Of a stretch of 64,000 bases of DNA, positions 50,143-59,188 are shown piece after piece. Every line of letters starts with the position of its first letter. Within the stretch, counting starts at the first letter, position 1. Source of the stretch: Candidatus Micrarchaeia archaeon (GTDB lineage Archaea; Micrarchaeota; Micrarchaeia; CABMEP01); assembly GCA_038886535.1 (NCBI GenBank), contig JAVZXS010000002.1, forward strand, positions 154,877 to 218,876, read 5' to 3'. A program made the position numbers and the translations under genes. Below the pieces are notes generated by a model that worked only from the letters and a program-made list of their open reading frames with translations, made no database searches and was not told the DNA's origin.

Positions 50143-51072
50143 CTAAACCTTGATTTTTCCAATTATTCTCATCTTTCCTTCTGGCCTTAGTAAAAGATAC
50201 TCATTTCCAGGAATGATTGCAATATCTTTATCTGATTTAAGTTTTATCTTTCCATCTGAAACACTTACAACATCAACCTGCCTGTATTGAAGATGCGCAG
50301 CGATAAATATTTTGCTGTTTTCTTTTACTTCTTCTGTGTAATACTTATTCTTTATGAAATCGCCCTCTATTTCCTTTGCAGATTTTAATTCCTGCTTTGA
50401 AAATAAATGCCCTCGTTCTACCTCTTCAACGCTGACTCCTTTTAGTGCCAAGCCAACTCTTTCTCCTATTTCAGCGGATTTTACATCTTTATCATGGACT
50501 TGTATGGATCGAATCGTTACTTTTTTTCCTCCAGGATATATTCCGAATTCATCATGGACATTTACACTCCCTCTCGCCACGCCAAGAACGACAGTTCCAA
50601 CGCTTTTAACGTCAAAAGCGGCATCGATTATTACATGTTCTATTTCTGATTTTTTATTTTCAAATTTTGCAATTCTTGGATATATTTCAGATGGAACCTT
50701 ATCTACAATTATGAATGATTCAAGCACAGTTCCTTTTACTAAATTTACAAATTTGTCTTTTTCGACATAATCATCAAATATTATCAATCCTTTGTTTATT
50801 CCTAAAAGGTCAAGCGCTATTATGTACTCCCCCAATTCTTTATCTAATTTTTTAACAACTAAAATTGCTGCATCTGCCATTGCCAAGCAGTGAGTTAGTG
50901 ATTGAAGCTTTTCTGGATAGCTTGTAGGAACTAAGAAAGTCGCAGTCAGTTCTCTACCTTGCATGTCACTTCCTTTGTAATTATATATTGTAAAATCAGT
51001 AACAGTTCCTTTTTTTCCAAGTTCTTTTGCAAATTCGTTGTCTCCTAAAATTACGACATTTATATTCTTCAT
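50143..51072 (-). CDS. SelB-like / EF-Tu domain 2 protein with degenerate G domain (archaeal SelBL type)
   Basis: LGKKGTVTD, YPEKLQSL, ID.AFDVKSVGTVVLG, IRSIQVHD, GERVGLALKG; no GxxxxGK[ST]. Confidence 0.85.
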   Translation of the reverse strand: MKNINVVILGDNEFAKELGKKGTVTDFTIYNYKGSDMQGRELTATFLVPTSYPEKLQSLTHCLAMADAAILVVKKLDKELGEYIIALDLLGINKGLIIFDDYVEKDKFVNLVKGTVLESFIIVDKVPSEIYPRIAKFENKKSEIEHVIIDAAFDVKSVGTVVLGVARGSVNVHDEFGIYPGGKKVTIRSIQVHDKDVKSAEIGERVGLALKGVSVEEVERGHLFSKQELKSAKEIEGDFIKNKYYTEEVKENSKIFIAAHLQYRQVDVVSVSDGKIKLKSDKDIAIIPGNEYLLLRPEGKMRIIGKIKV

Positions 51073-51171
51073 TTTTTACACCGCTATATTTTATACAATA
51101 AATAATTAGTATAATTATAATTAAAATTAATATTTATAATATTTAGCAGGCTAATTTTTCCAGTTGATAAA

Positions 51172-51891
51172 ATGACTAAATTTGTAAGACTACATAGGTT
51201 TTCTAATATTTCCGCTTCACAACTTTGGTCTTTTACGATAGCTGCAAGAAAGATGCCTAAAGGATTTTATCAGCTTAATCCAATTTCGTTTGTTAAAGAG
51301 AATGAAGGAGAAATGTTTATTTTAGAAAAGGATTTAGAAAAATTTTCTAAATCTATTCCAACTGAAGTTCAAAATACATTGATTCAAAATTTCTTTTCAG
51401 AATGGTTTAAATCTTACGAATTAGCAAAAATTTCAATTAATGATCTTAATGGACTTTCCTTTTCTTCTCTTTCTAATGAAGTTCTTTACAAAATTTATTC
51501 TATAATAAGTATGCAAAGCAGCGATGTTTCAAAAATTATTTTCTTTTCAAAGGTATTGGAGGTAACAAATAAAGATATGCATTCGAAATTGAGGACCTTT
51601 CTTTCAAATAGATCAATATCCGATGGAGAGATCCTTTCTCTTTCTTTGAATTTGTTTAATGACAAACTATTTGAAGAGATAGGAAAACGAATATACAAAA
51701 CAAAAAAAGAAACTTATCTAATGTCTCCAGAAGAGTTCCATTCCGCTCTCTATGGTGGTGTTTTTGACGATGAAGAAATAAACGAAAGAAAAACAAATTA
51801 CATAATGGTTTATGATCTTGAAAAGGATGCGCCACATATCTATAGCGGAGAAAAAGCAAGGGTAATGGAAGCCTCTTTATTAAAAAGTTAA
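51172..51891 (+). CDS. Hypothetical protein
   Basis: 239-aa ORF; no recognised motif. Confidence 0.65.
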   Translation: MTKFVRLHRFSNISASQLWSFTIAARKMPKGFYQLNPISFVKENEGEMFILEKDLEKFSKSIPTEVQNTLIQNFFSEWFKSYELAKISINDLNGLSFSSLSNEVLYKIYSIISMQSSDVSKIIFFSKVLEVTNKDMHSKLRTFLSNRSISDGEILSLSLNLFNDKLFEEIGKRIYKTKKETYLMSPEEFHSALYGGVFDDEEINERKTNYIMVYDLEKDAPHIYSGEKARVMEASLLKS

Positions 51892-51920
51892 ATATAATTT
51901 GTATATTTCAGGGTGGTAGT

Positions 51921-52205
51921 ATGATGTCTGAAATACCTATAAGACTAGATAAGGTAAATAAGAAAGATATAGACAAAGAGATTTTAAGAGCAGGAATAAT
52001 TGCAGAACTTGATGCAATTAATCTATATGAGCAAATGGCAGCATTGGCTCAAGATAAGAAGATAAAAGCTATGCTTCTTGACATTGCAAAAGAAGAGAAG
52101 ACCCACGTCGGCGAATTTCAAAGGCTTCTTTTGAATAGAGATAAGCAACAGGTGGAAGAATTAGAAAGGGGAAAGGAAGAAGTAATGAAAGAAGTAGGAG
52201 AATGA
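51921..52205 (+). CDS. Ferritin-like half-bundle protein (rubrerythrin/EncFtn type)
   Basis: AELDAINLYEQ..DIAKEEKTHVGEF di-iron motifs. Confidence 0.88.
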   Translation: MMSEIPIRLDKVNKKDIDKEILRAGIIAELDAINLYEQMAALAQDKKIKAMLLDIAKEEKTHVGEFQRLLLNRDKQQVEELERGKEEVMKEVGE

Positions 52206-52208
52206 GTG

Positions 52209-52568
52209 CTATTCCTTCAATGCTTTTTTTACTTCTTTTATTAAATCTGTATGTATGGATGTTTTAGGCAGAACTCTAACTGGAAAATATTTTGCTGCGA
52301 ATTCTCTTTCTATTTCAAATGGCATTCCTACTGCAGTCACTACTATTACTGGTTTATTTAATCTCATTTTTTTGAATTCAGCCATTACTTCTCTTCCAGA
52401 CATTACCGGCATCATGATGTCTAAAAGTATAAGGTCATAATTTTTTGCCTTTTTGATTCCTTCTTTCGGATTCAATGCATAGTCTGCTTTATACCCATTC
52501 ATTTCTAAAAGCATCTTAACACTTTCTGCAACATCACTTTCATCTTCTATTATTAATATCTTTTTCAT
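52209..52568 (-). CDS. Stand-alone response regulator receiver domain
   Basis: ILIIEDE, ILLDIMMPVMSG, VVTA, conserved Lys. Confidence 0.93.
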   Translation of the reverse strand: MKKILIIEDESDVAESVKMLLEMNGYKADYALNPKEGIKKAKNYDLILLDIMMPVMSGREVMAEFKKMRLNKPVIVVTAVGMPFEIEREFAAKYFPVRVLPKTSIHTDLIKEVKKALKE

Positions 52569-52581
52569 TTTATCACCATTA

Positions 52582-55500
52582 CTATTCCCTTGGAAGAATT
52601 ATCTCAAATCTAGTACCTTTTCCTTTTTCACTCTTTACGTTTATCTCTCCTTTGTGTTTATCAACAATTTCTTTAACAATTGTTAAACCAATTCCCGTGC
52701 CCGGTGAATTTGGATCTGCCTTATAAAATTTTTCAAAAATATGGGATTTTTCTTCTTCTGTCATTCCGATTCCAGTATCTTCTACAGCAATCATAAATTT
52801 ATGGTCGAAGGATTTGGTTTCTATTTTTATTTCCCCTTTATCAGTAAATTTAACAGCATTGCTTATAAGGTTTGATAGCATCAATGAAAACAAATTTTTA
52901 TCTATCATAGCTACTATAGGTTCTAATTCCCTTTTAATGACTATTCCTTTTTTATTTGCTAGCGGAGAGTACTCTTCATAAATCTCATTAATCAAATCAT
53001 TTATTATTGTTCTTTCTTTATTTAGAGCCACTGAACTTAATCTAGTTAAATTCAATATCTGATCTATAGAGTTCTTTAATCTTTCACCACTTCTTTGCAG
53101 CATTTCAATCATTTTGAGCCATTCTTTTTCCTTTCCAATTGGTGCCATTTGCTTTAGCATTTCTAAATTTGTTAATATAACTGAGGTGGGCGTTTTAAGT
53201 TCGTGCGTCATATTTCTTATAAATTCATCTTTTGTTTCTTCTAGCCTTTCAATCTGCTGCAATTTTTCATTTAGCTCTTTAGTTTTATTTTCTACTTCTT
53301 TTTCCAATTCTATCCTGTAGTTTTTCTCTAAATTTTCTTTTTCTTTTCTTTCAGTTATGTCATGAAACATAATGTATATTTTATTTAATTTATTTTTTTC
53401 TAATTCTCCTTGAGCTAGGATTTCAACATCGTATTTTTTACCATCTAAGCTTATTTCTATATCGTCGTGATAAATTCCATCTCTTTTAACTGCAGAAATT
53501 ATTTTTTTAATAAGTTTTTTATCCGAGTAAATATCAAAAATATTCTTTCCGATCAGTTCAGTTGTTTTTAACCCATATCTCTCAATAGAAGGGGTTACTA
53601 ATTCAATGTTTAGCTTATCATTTAACTCAAAATATATGTCGTTTATGTTTTGGAATAATGTTCTATATCTTTTTTCAGATTCAGTTATAAGATCTATTAT
53701 TTCTTTTTCTTTCGTTATATCACGATATACAATAATAAGATCGCCTGTTTTAATTTTAAAAACATAGTAATCACGCCATCCTTTTCTTATCGGATCACTG
53801 TAATATATGTTTTTAATTTGCGTTTTTTTACCTGTTTTGAGTGTCTGTCGAAGCTGTTTTAATAATCCTAGTTTTTTAATTCCTGGAAACATTTTTGCGA
53901 TGTTCTTTCCTATTACTTCTTCTTTTTTAACTTTGCTTATTTCAGTGGCTCTTTCGTTTATTTCTTTAATAATGAAGTTTCTTCCATTTTTAATAGGGGT
54001 TAAAACAATTATGCCATCACTGATATTCTCAAATATATTAAAGTAAAGTTCTTCTCTTTCTTTTAATTTTTCTTCTATTGATTTTCTTTGTCTTATATCT
54101 CTTAGGATTGCTATTAATTTTATTTCATTTCCTATAGTAAATTTATTCATAGTTAATTCAATTGGAATATTTTCTTCTTTTGTTCTAATATTTACTTCTA
54201 CTGTTTTTCCAATTAGGGGCGATTTTCCTGTCTTCTTAAAAATATTTAATCTATTCAATGGATATTCTTTGACTGAAAGTATAGAATGAATATCCTTTCC
54301 TTTTATCTTTTCTAACTGATAGCCTGTTAGTTTTTCAAATGCTTTATTAACATATTCGAACCTAAGATTGCTGTCTCCCACTACGATTGCATCTACACTA
54401 GCATCGAAAACGCCTTTTAAATATTCATTGTCTTTTTTAATTTCGTCTAACAATTCCTGCTCTCTAGTTAGATTTATGTGGTTTGCAAAAAAGTAAGAAG
54501 GCTTGCCTTTTTCAAAAACAGTATCAATTATTAATCTAACTGGAATATTATTTCCATATTTATCTTTGTTGATGATATTCCCTTCCCAGTGACCTTTTCT
54601 TTTGTCTAAAATGGATTTCCACATTTCTTTATAGGTTTTTAATGGAGTCAGTCCAGATTTTAATATTTTTGGATTTTTACCGATTACTTCTTTTTCATCA
54701 TATCCATAAAGACCAGTGAAAGCAGAATTAACGTGCATTATAACTGGTTCATTGTTTTCATATTTTACTAAAAGTCTTGAAATTGCACTTAATGTGAATC
54801 CTTTTTTTAGTAATTTTAATTCATCAATTTTTCTTTTTTCAGATTCTTCAAGTTCTTTTTTGTAAATCATTTGGCTGATTTGCGAAGCTAAATCTTTGAT
54901 CAATTTAATCATATATCTGTTTATTAAAATCTCATTTCTGAAATGTATAGTTAGGATCCCATAGAATTTGTTTCTTATTTTTATAGGATATAATGCAGCA
55001 GAATGGCTGCCAGTTTCTTCTTTATGCTGTCTGTAAATTCCTTTAGAAACATCTTCAATGACGAATCCCTTTTTCTTAACTTTCTCAATCAATTCATCAT
55101 TATAAAAACCTAAAATCTCCTCTTTTGTTTGATCAGTCGAAGAATAGAAATAAAGTTCCTTGCTTTTTCCATCAATTCTTAAAAGATGGATGCAACCTAA
55201 ATATTTATTTTTATGGATTTTTTGAACAACTGCGCTTAATATTTTTTCTTCTATAAGTGGCTTATTCAAAATTATATGAACATCCAGTAAGGTTCTAAGT
55301 AGTTCATTTACTACTTTTAATTCTTCAGTTTTCCTTAGCTCTTCAGTTATTTCATTTAAAATCAGCATAACTTCGACAATGTTATTATTTTCATCCGTTA
55401 TTGGGTTACAGATGGTTATAAATTTTCTTTTTTTACCCCCTATCATTAATTCCAAATGTTTTATTCCTTCTTTGCCGTTTACCGCATTTAAAAACAAACG

Positions 55501-55674
55501 TTGTACTTCATTATTTTCAATTTCTTTAATTCTTAAAAAAGGAATTTTTTTCATCAATTTGTTCTTAAAAATAAAGTTTCCTTTTAAATCCAGAATTGCA
55601 ATATTTACTGGGAGATTTCTGATTATTCTTTTCATTAATGGTGTTATAATTTGTTTTGCACCTGCTGTTTCCAT
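52582..55674 (-). CDS. Cytoplasmic PAS/GAF sensor histidine kinase
   Basis: Multiple PAS repeats (VN.AF..L.GY...E.IG), GAF-like segment, H-box THELKTP, NLISNAVKF, DTGIGM, GTGIGL. Confidence 0.94.
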   Translation of the reverse strand: METAGAKQIITPLMKRIIRNLPVNIAILDLKGNFIFKNKLMKKIPFLRIKEIENNEVQRLFLNAVNGKEGIKHLELMIGGKKRKFITICNPITDENNNIVEVMLILNEITEELRKTEELKVVNELLRTLLDVHIILNKPLIEEKILSAVVQKIHKNKYLGCIHLLRIDGKSKELYFYSSTDQTKEEILGFYNDELIEKVKKKGFVIEDVSKGIYRQHKEETGSHSAALYPIKIRNKFYGILTIHFRNEILINRYMIKLIKDLASQISQMIYKKELEESEKRKIDELKLLKKGFTLSAISRLLVKYENNEPVIMHVNSAFTGLYGYDEKEVIGKNPKILKSGLTPLKTYKEMWKSILDKRKGHWEGNIINKDKYGNNIPVRLIIDTVFEKGKPSYFFANHINLTREQELLDEIKKDNEYLKGVFDASVDAIVVGDSNLRFEYVNKAFEKLTGYQLEKIKGKDIHSILSVKEYPLNRLNIFKKTGKSPLIGKTVEVNIRTKEENIPIELTMNKFTIGNEIKLIAILRDIRQRKSIEEKLKEREELYFNIFENISDGIIVLTPIKNGRNFIIKEINERATEISKVKKEEVIGKNIAKMFPGIKKLGLLKQLRQTLKTGKKTQIKNIYYSDPIRKGWRDYYVFKIKTGDLIIVYRDITKEKEIIDLITESEKRYRTLFQNINDIYFELNDKLNIELVTPSIERYGLKTTELIGKNIFDIYSDKKLIKKIISAVKRDGIYHDDIEISLDGKKYDVEILAQGELEKNKLNKIYIMFHDITERKEKENLEKNYRIELEKEVENKTKELNEKLQQIERLEETKDEFIRNMTHELKTPTSVILTNLEMLKQMAPIGKEKEWLKMIEMLQRSGERLKNSIDQILNLTRLSSVALNKERTIINDLINEIYEEYSPLANKKGIVIKRELEPIVAMIDKNLFSLMLSNLISNAVKFTDKGEIKIETKSFDHKFMIAVEDTGIGMTEEEKSHIFEKFYKADPNSPGTGIGLTIVKEIVDKHKGEINVKSEKGKGTRFEIILPRE

Positions 55675-55716
55675 GATTTATTTTTATATAGTATATTTTT
55701 AAATTTATTTAATCAG

Positions 55717-55829
55717 GGCCGCAGAGGGGAATCGAACCCCTGCTTGGAGGTTTCTGCATCTTTGATGAAACTTTCCTTTGCAGAAAGTTCCTCCACAGCC
55801 TCCCGTCCTGCCATTAGACGACCGCGGCC
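55717..55829 (-). tRNA. tRNA-His(GUG) with genome-encoded G-1 and a 41-nt intron (55752-55792) at 37/38
   Basis: Exon 1 (G)GCCGCGGTCGTCTAATGGCAGGACGGGAGGCTGTGG; exon 2 ACCTCCAAGCAGGGGTTCGATTCCCCTCTGCGGCC; C73; central helix CUGU/GCAG. Confidence 0.92.
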
Positions 55830-55890
55830 ATATTTTCTAACTTTCAATATTCTCTAAAACTAAATTATATTGCTTTTAAAAGATATAAAC

Positions 55891-56985
55891 TTATCTGGTT
55901 ATCTTTGCATTTTCAATTATTTGCTTAGTTTCTGCAGCTTCCTTATTTTTCTTGAAATATTCTCTGACTGGTTCAAGTATCTCTATTAAATTTTCTGCAA
56001 CTGAATTTTTAAGGTCCATCGGATGAAGTTTTCCTTCAGAATAAATGTTTGTCAACTCATCAAAAGAATGGATCTCGATATTTCCTCCAAATTTTGCAGG
56101 CCTTTCTATTATCATTTCATTTTTTTCTCTAAAGATGACATGTTTTGCAAGATCCATTATTGGATTATTTTCAACTTCCTTTTCGGGGCAGAACGCCTTT
56201 GATATCTTTGTTCTTATTTCTTCAGGTTCATCATAAATGAATATCGCTGTGTTTGGTTTTGATTTTGACATCTTCACCGCACTCAATGCCTCTTTTCTTT
56301 CAGTTGGATCTTTTGGTAAAGGCCAGATTGGAGGTTTTACAAGACCTTGCAATAAATGATGATGGACAGGAACAGGTTTCCAGAATCCAATCTTTTCTCC
56401 AACCTCCATTGCAACCACATTTGCCTTTCTCTGATCCATTCCTAATTGAGGAATCTGAACACCGAAATGAAATATATCTGCAACCTGCATTGGAGTGTAA
56501 AGAAGAGAAGCAAGCTTTAATCCTTCGCTTTCTTTTCTTCCAGCTATTTCCAATGTTCTTATTCCTCTTGCAAGCGTCATTTCTTTTGCAACCTTTACAA
56601 CTATCTCCCAGTAATCAAGATCATCATATAGCTGGTCAGGCCAAATGAATTCTATCTTATCTTCAGGTACTCCCAAAGCTATCCATGAATGCTTGAAGTG
56701 CATGGCTGCCTTCTTAATCAATTCTCTGTCTCCACCAAGTTTGTCATTTATCCAGGCATGCCAGGTTGCAAGATATACTTTGAATTTTATTCCCGCCTGA
56801 ATAAAATCTTTCATTTTGTAAGAACATATCAAACCAGTTCCTAGATGAACCTTTCCAGACGGCTCAAATCCATTGTATGCTACTGGCCTGTCGTTTGTCT
56901 CTAAAAGTTCTCTTAGTGCCTGGACAGTTATGATTTCATCTGTAGGCGGCCTTGCAATAAGTTCAATTTTTGTTTCAATATCCAT
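55891..56985 (-). CDS. tyrS: Tyrosyl-tRNA synthetase
   Basis: AYNGFEPSGKVHLG, YTPMQVAD, GMDQRK, KMSKS, LHPMDLK. Confidence 0.97.
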   Translation of the reverse strand: MDIETKIELIARPPTDEIITVQALRELLETNDRPVAYNGFEPSGKVHLGTGLICSYKMKDFIQAGIKFKVYLATWHAWINDKLGGDRELIKKAAMHFKHSWIALGVPEDKIEFIWPDQLYDDLDYWEIVVKVAKEMTLARGIRTLEIAGRKESEGLKLASLLYTPMQVADIFHFGVQIPQLGMDQRKANVVAMEVGEKIGFWKPVPVHHHLLQGLVKPPIWPLPKDPTERKEALSAVKMSKSKPNTAIFIYDEPEEIRTKISKAFCPEKEVENNPIMDLAKHVIFREKNEMIIERPAKFGGNIEIHSFDELTNIYSEGKLHPMDLKNSVAENLIEILEPVREYFKKNKEAAETKQIIENAKITR

Positions 56986-57094
56986 AAGCTATTTTTCTAG
57001 CTAAGACTTATAAATATTTAACAGCTAAAGAAAGATATAAAAATTAATTTATACAAATATATCTAAACATTCAACATTTTTATTAGGTGATTAT

Positions 57095-57208
57095 TTGGGT
57101 TCTAGACCAAGAAAATGGAAGAAAAAAGGAAAAATGAGATGGAAATGGATTAAGAAGAGAAGAAAGAAAATGAGAAGAATGCAGAAGAGAAGAGTAGGAG
57201 AACTGTAA
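57095..57208 (+). CDS. rpl41e: Ribosomal protein eL41/eS32 (37 aa), absent from the ORF track
   Basis: TTG start after AGGTGA; MGSRPRKWKKKGKMRWKWIKKRRKKMRRMQKRRVGEL matches the archaeal eL41 pattern RPRKWKKKG.MRWKW.KKR. Confidence 0.9.
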   Translation: MGSRPRKWKKKGKMRWKWIKKRRKKMRRMQKRRVGEL

Positions 57209-57217
57209 GGTGTTTTT

Positions 57218-57385
57218 ATGACAAGAAGCTTCATAAAAAACATGTCTTCATGGTTCAAGTCAACTTTTTGGGATAGGGTTTTCTCTAAAAAGCCAGAGCC
57301 ATATTCCAAAAAGGAAAAAACACCTAAGCAGTATTATAAAGGAAAAGAACGCCAGCAAATCTCTTCCATGAAAAAGAAAAGATAA
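57218..57385 (+). CDS. Small basic hypothetical protein (55 aa), absent from the ORF track
   Basis: AAGGTG RBS overlapping the eL41 stop; MTRSFIKNMSSWFKSTFWDRVFSKKPEPYSKKEKTPKQYYKGKERQQISSMKKKR. Confidence 0.55.
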   Translation: MTRSFIKNMSSWFKSTFWDRVFSKKPEPYSKKEKTPKQYYKGKERQQISSMKKKR

Positions 57386-57427
57386 TTTTTTTAGATTTTT
57401 ATTTATATTTTTATATCGGCGTGTCTT

Positions 57428-58237
57428 ATGGTAAAAAGATCAATAAAAATAAAAGGTAAATCTGCAAAAAGCAAACTTACTCATTCTAATTCTTCAAAGA
57501 AGGAATACAGCCTTTATAAGCTTATAACAGCTAGGAACATAGGCGCATTGACTGAAAAAGAACAGGATATTCTTTTTAATGCAAAGATTGCAGTTGTTGG
57601 CTGCGGTGGCCTTGGTGGAATTGCTATAGATCTCCTTGCAAGGGCAGGAGTAGGAAATCTGACCATTGCAGATGGAGATGTATTTGAAATTTCAAATCTA
57701 AATAGGCAGATCTTTAGCAGCTATTCAGTGATTGGCAAAAAGAAAGTAGATATAATAAAGAAAAGAGTCTTAGATATTTCTCCTTCAATTAAGATTAAAA
57801 CCTATGACAAATTTGTTGATTCAGAAGAAGCAGCATTTAATCTATTGAAAGGACATGATTTAGTAGTTGATGGCTTAGACAATGTTCTTTCAAGAATCTA
57901 TCTTTCAAGAGCAGCAAAGGACCTGCAGATACCATATGTCTTCGGTGCAGCAGAAAAGACAAGAGGCTATTCAACTATATTTCTTCCAAAAGGCCAGAGC
58001 TATGAATCAATATTCATGCTTCCTTCAAACGGTAAGAGAATAGATGAAAAGCTGAAAGAAAGATTACAAAAGGCAGGCGGATGCTATTCCATACTCGGTA
58101 TAACTGCAAATATCATAGGTTCAATAGAGGCAATGCAGACAATCAATCTTCTCTTAAATAAGCCTTATGTGCGTGCACCAGAATTTATTCACATTTCTTT
58201 ATTTGATTCAGTTCCATTTAGAGTTTCATCCCTCTAA
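57428..58237 (+). CDS. ThiF/MoeB/E1-like adenylyltransferase
   Basis: VVGCGGLGG, D.D.FEISNLNRQ, DLVVDGLDN, R..L. Confidence 0.92.
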   Translation: MVKRSIKIKGKSAKSKLTHSNSSKKEYSLYKLITARNIGALTEKEQDILFNAKIAVVGCGGLGGIAIDLLARAGVGNLTIADGDVFEISNLNRQIFSSYSVIGKKKVDIIKKRVLDISPSIKIKTYDKFVDSEEAAFNLLKGHDLVVDGLDNVLSRIYLSRAAKDLQIPYVFGAAEKTRGYSTIFLPKGQSYESIFMLPSNGKRIDEKLKERLQKAGGCYSILGITANIIGSIEAMQTINLLLNKPYVRAPEFIHISLFDSVPFRVSSL

Positions 58238-58284
58238 TCTAAATGGCCTTTAATCTAAACAATAACATTTAAACCAGTGATTTT

Positions 58285-59115
58285 ATGAAATTCGGCACAG
58301 CTGGAGTTCCAATCTCATGTGAAAAAAGAGATTCGATTTCTGGAATAGAATGTGTTTACAAATTAGGCTTAGATGCATTTGAGTTAGAATTCGTGCATGG
58401 ATGTAGGATGAGTGAAGAAAGTGCGAAGGAGGCAGGACAGATTGCTAAAAAATATAACATAGTTCTAAGCGCACACGCTTCATATTATTTGAATCTGCTT
58501 TCTGAAGAGAAGCTGAAATATAAGAAAACAGTAGATGAAATAATCAAAACAGCAAAGATACTTGATATTGCAGGAGGGGATAGATTAGTTTTTCATCCTG
58601 GTTTTTTCTTGAAGATGAGTCATGATAAGGCTTATGAGCGAATGAAAAGAGAGTTTAAGTCTCTTGCTAAGCAGATAAAAGAGAATAATTTTAATGTTCA
58701 TCTTGCTCCAGAGACAACTGGAAAACCAACTGCATTCGGTTCATTTGAAGATCTTTATTCTCTTGCAGAAGAGATCGGATACGATTTAATAAGGCCAACA
58801 ATTGATTGGGCACATATACATGCAAGAGAGAATGGAAGGTTTAAGACAAAAGAAGATTATGTTAAGGTATTGGAGTTTGTAGAAAAGAAAACAGGAAAAG
58901 AGGGATTAAGGACGCTTCATTGTCACATGTCATCCATCAACTTCACTTCAAAAGGAGAGCGAAATCACCTTACGATGGATAATGACATTCCTCCAGTCAA
59001 ACCGCTTTTTGAAGCATTGCATGAATTTAAATGTGATGGTGTGATAATCTCTGAATCGCCAAACATTGAAAAAGATGCAATTTATATGAAGAAATTGTTC
59101 AACTCTATAAAGTAG
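58285..59115 (+). CDS. nfo: Endonuclease IV (AP endonuclease family 2)
   Basis: SAHASYYLNL, FHPGF, PETTGK...FGS, IDWAH.HAR, HCHMS, GERNH, ISESP. Confidence 0.92.
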   Translation: MKFGTAGVPISCEKRDSISGIECVYKLGLDAFELEFVHGCRMSEESAKEAGQIAKKYNIVLSAHASYYLNLLSEEKLKYKKTVDEIIKTAKILDIAGGDRLVFHPGFFLKMSHDKAYERMKREFKSLAKQIKENNFNVHLAPETTGKPTAFGSFEDLYSLAEEIGYDLIRPTIDWAHIHARENGRFKTKEDYVKVLEFVEKKTGKEGLRTLHCHMSSINFTSKGERNHLTMDNDIPPVKPLFEALHEFKCDGVIISESPNIEKDAIYMKKLFNSIK

Positions 59116-59188
59116 CTATTAATATATTATTTACAGCTCAAATTTTGGTTTGACATCACTTTTTTAAATTATATTACTAAATCATTTT

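Noticed and set aside
50143-51072. Selenocysteine machinery
   Set aside because: The protein lacks SelB GTPase motifs and domain IV; no tRNA-Sec or in-frame TGA gene was seen.
57091-57309. 72-aa minus-strand ORF in the track
   Set aside because: It is antisense to the convincing eL41 gene and the following small ORF.
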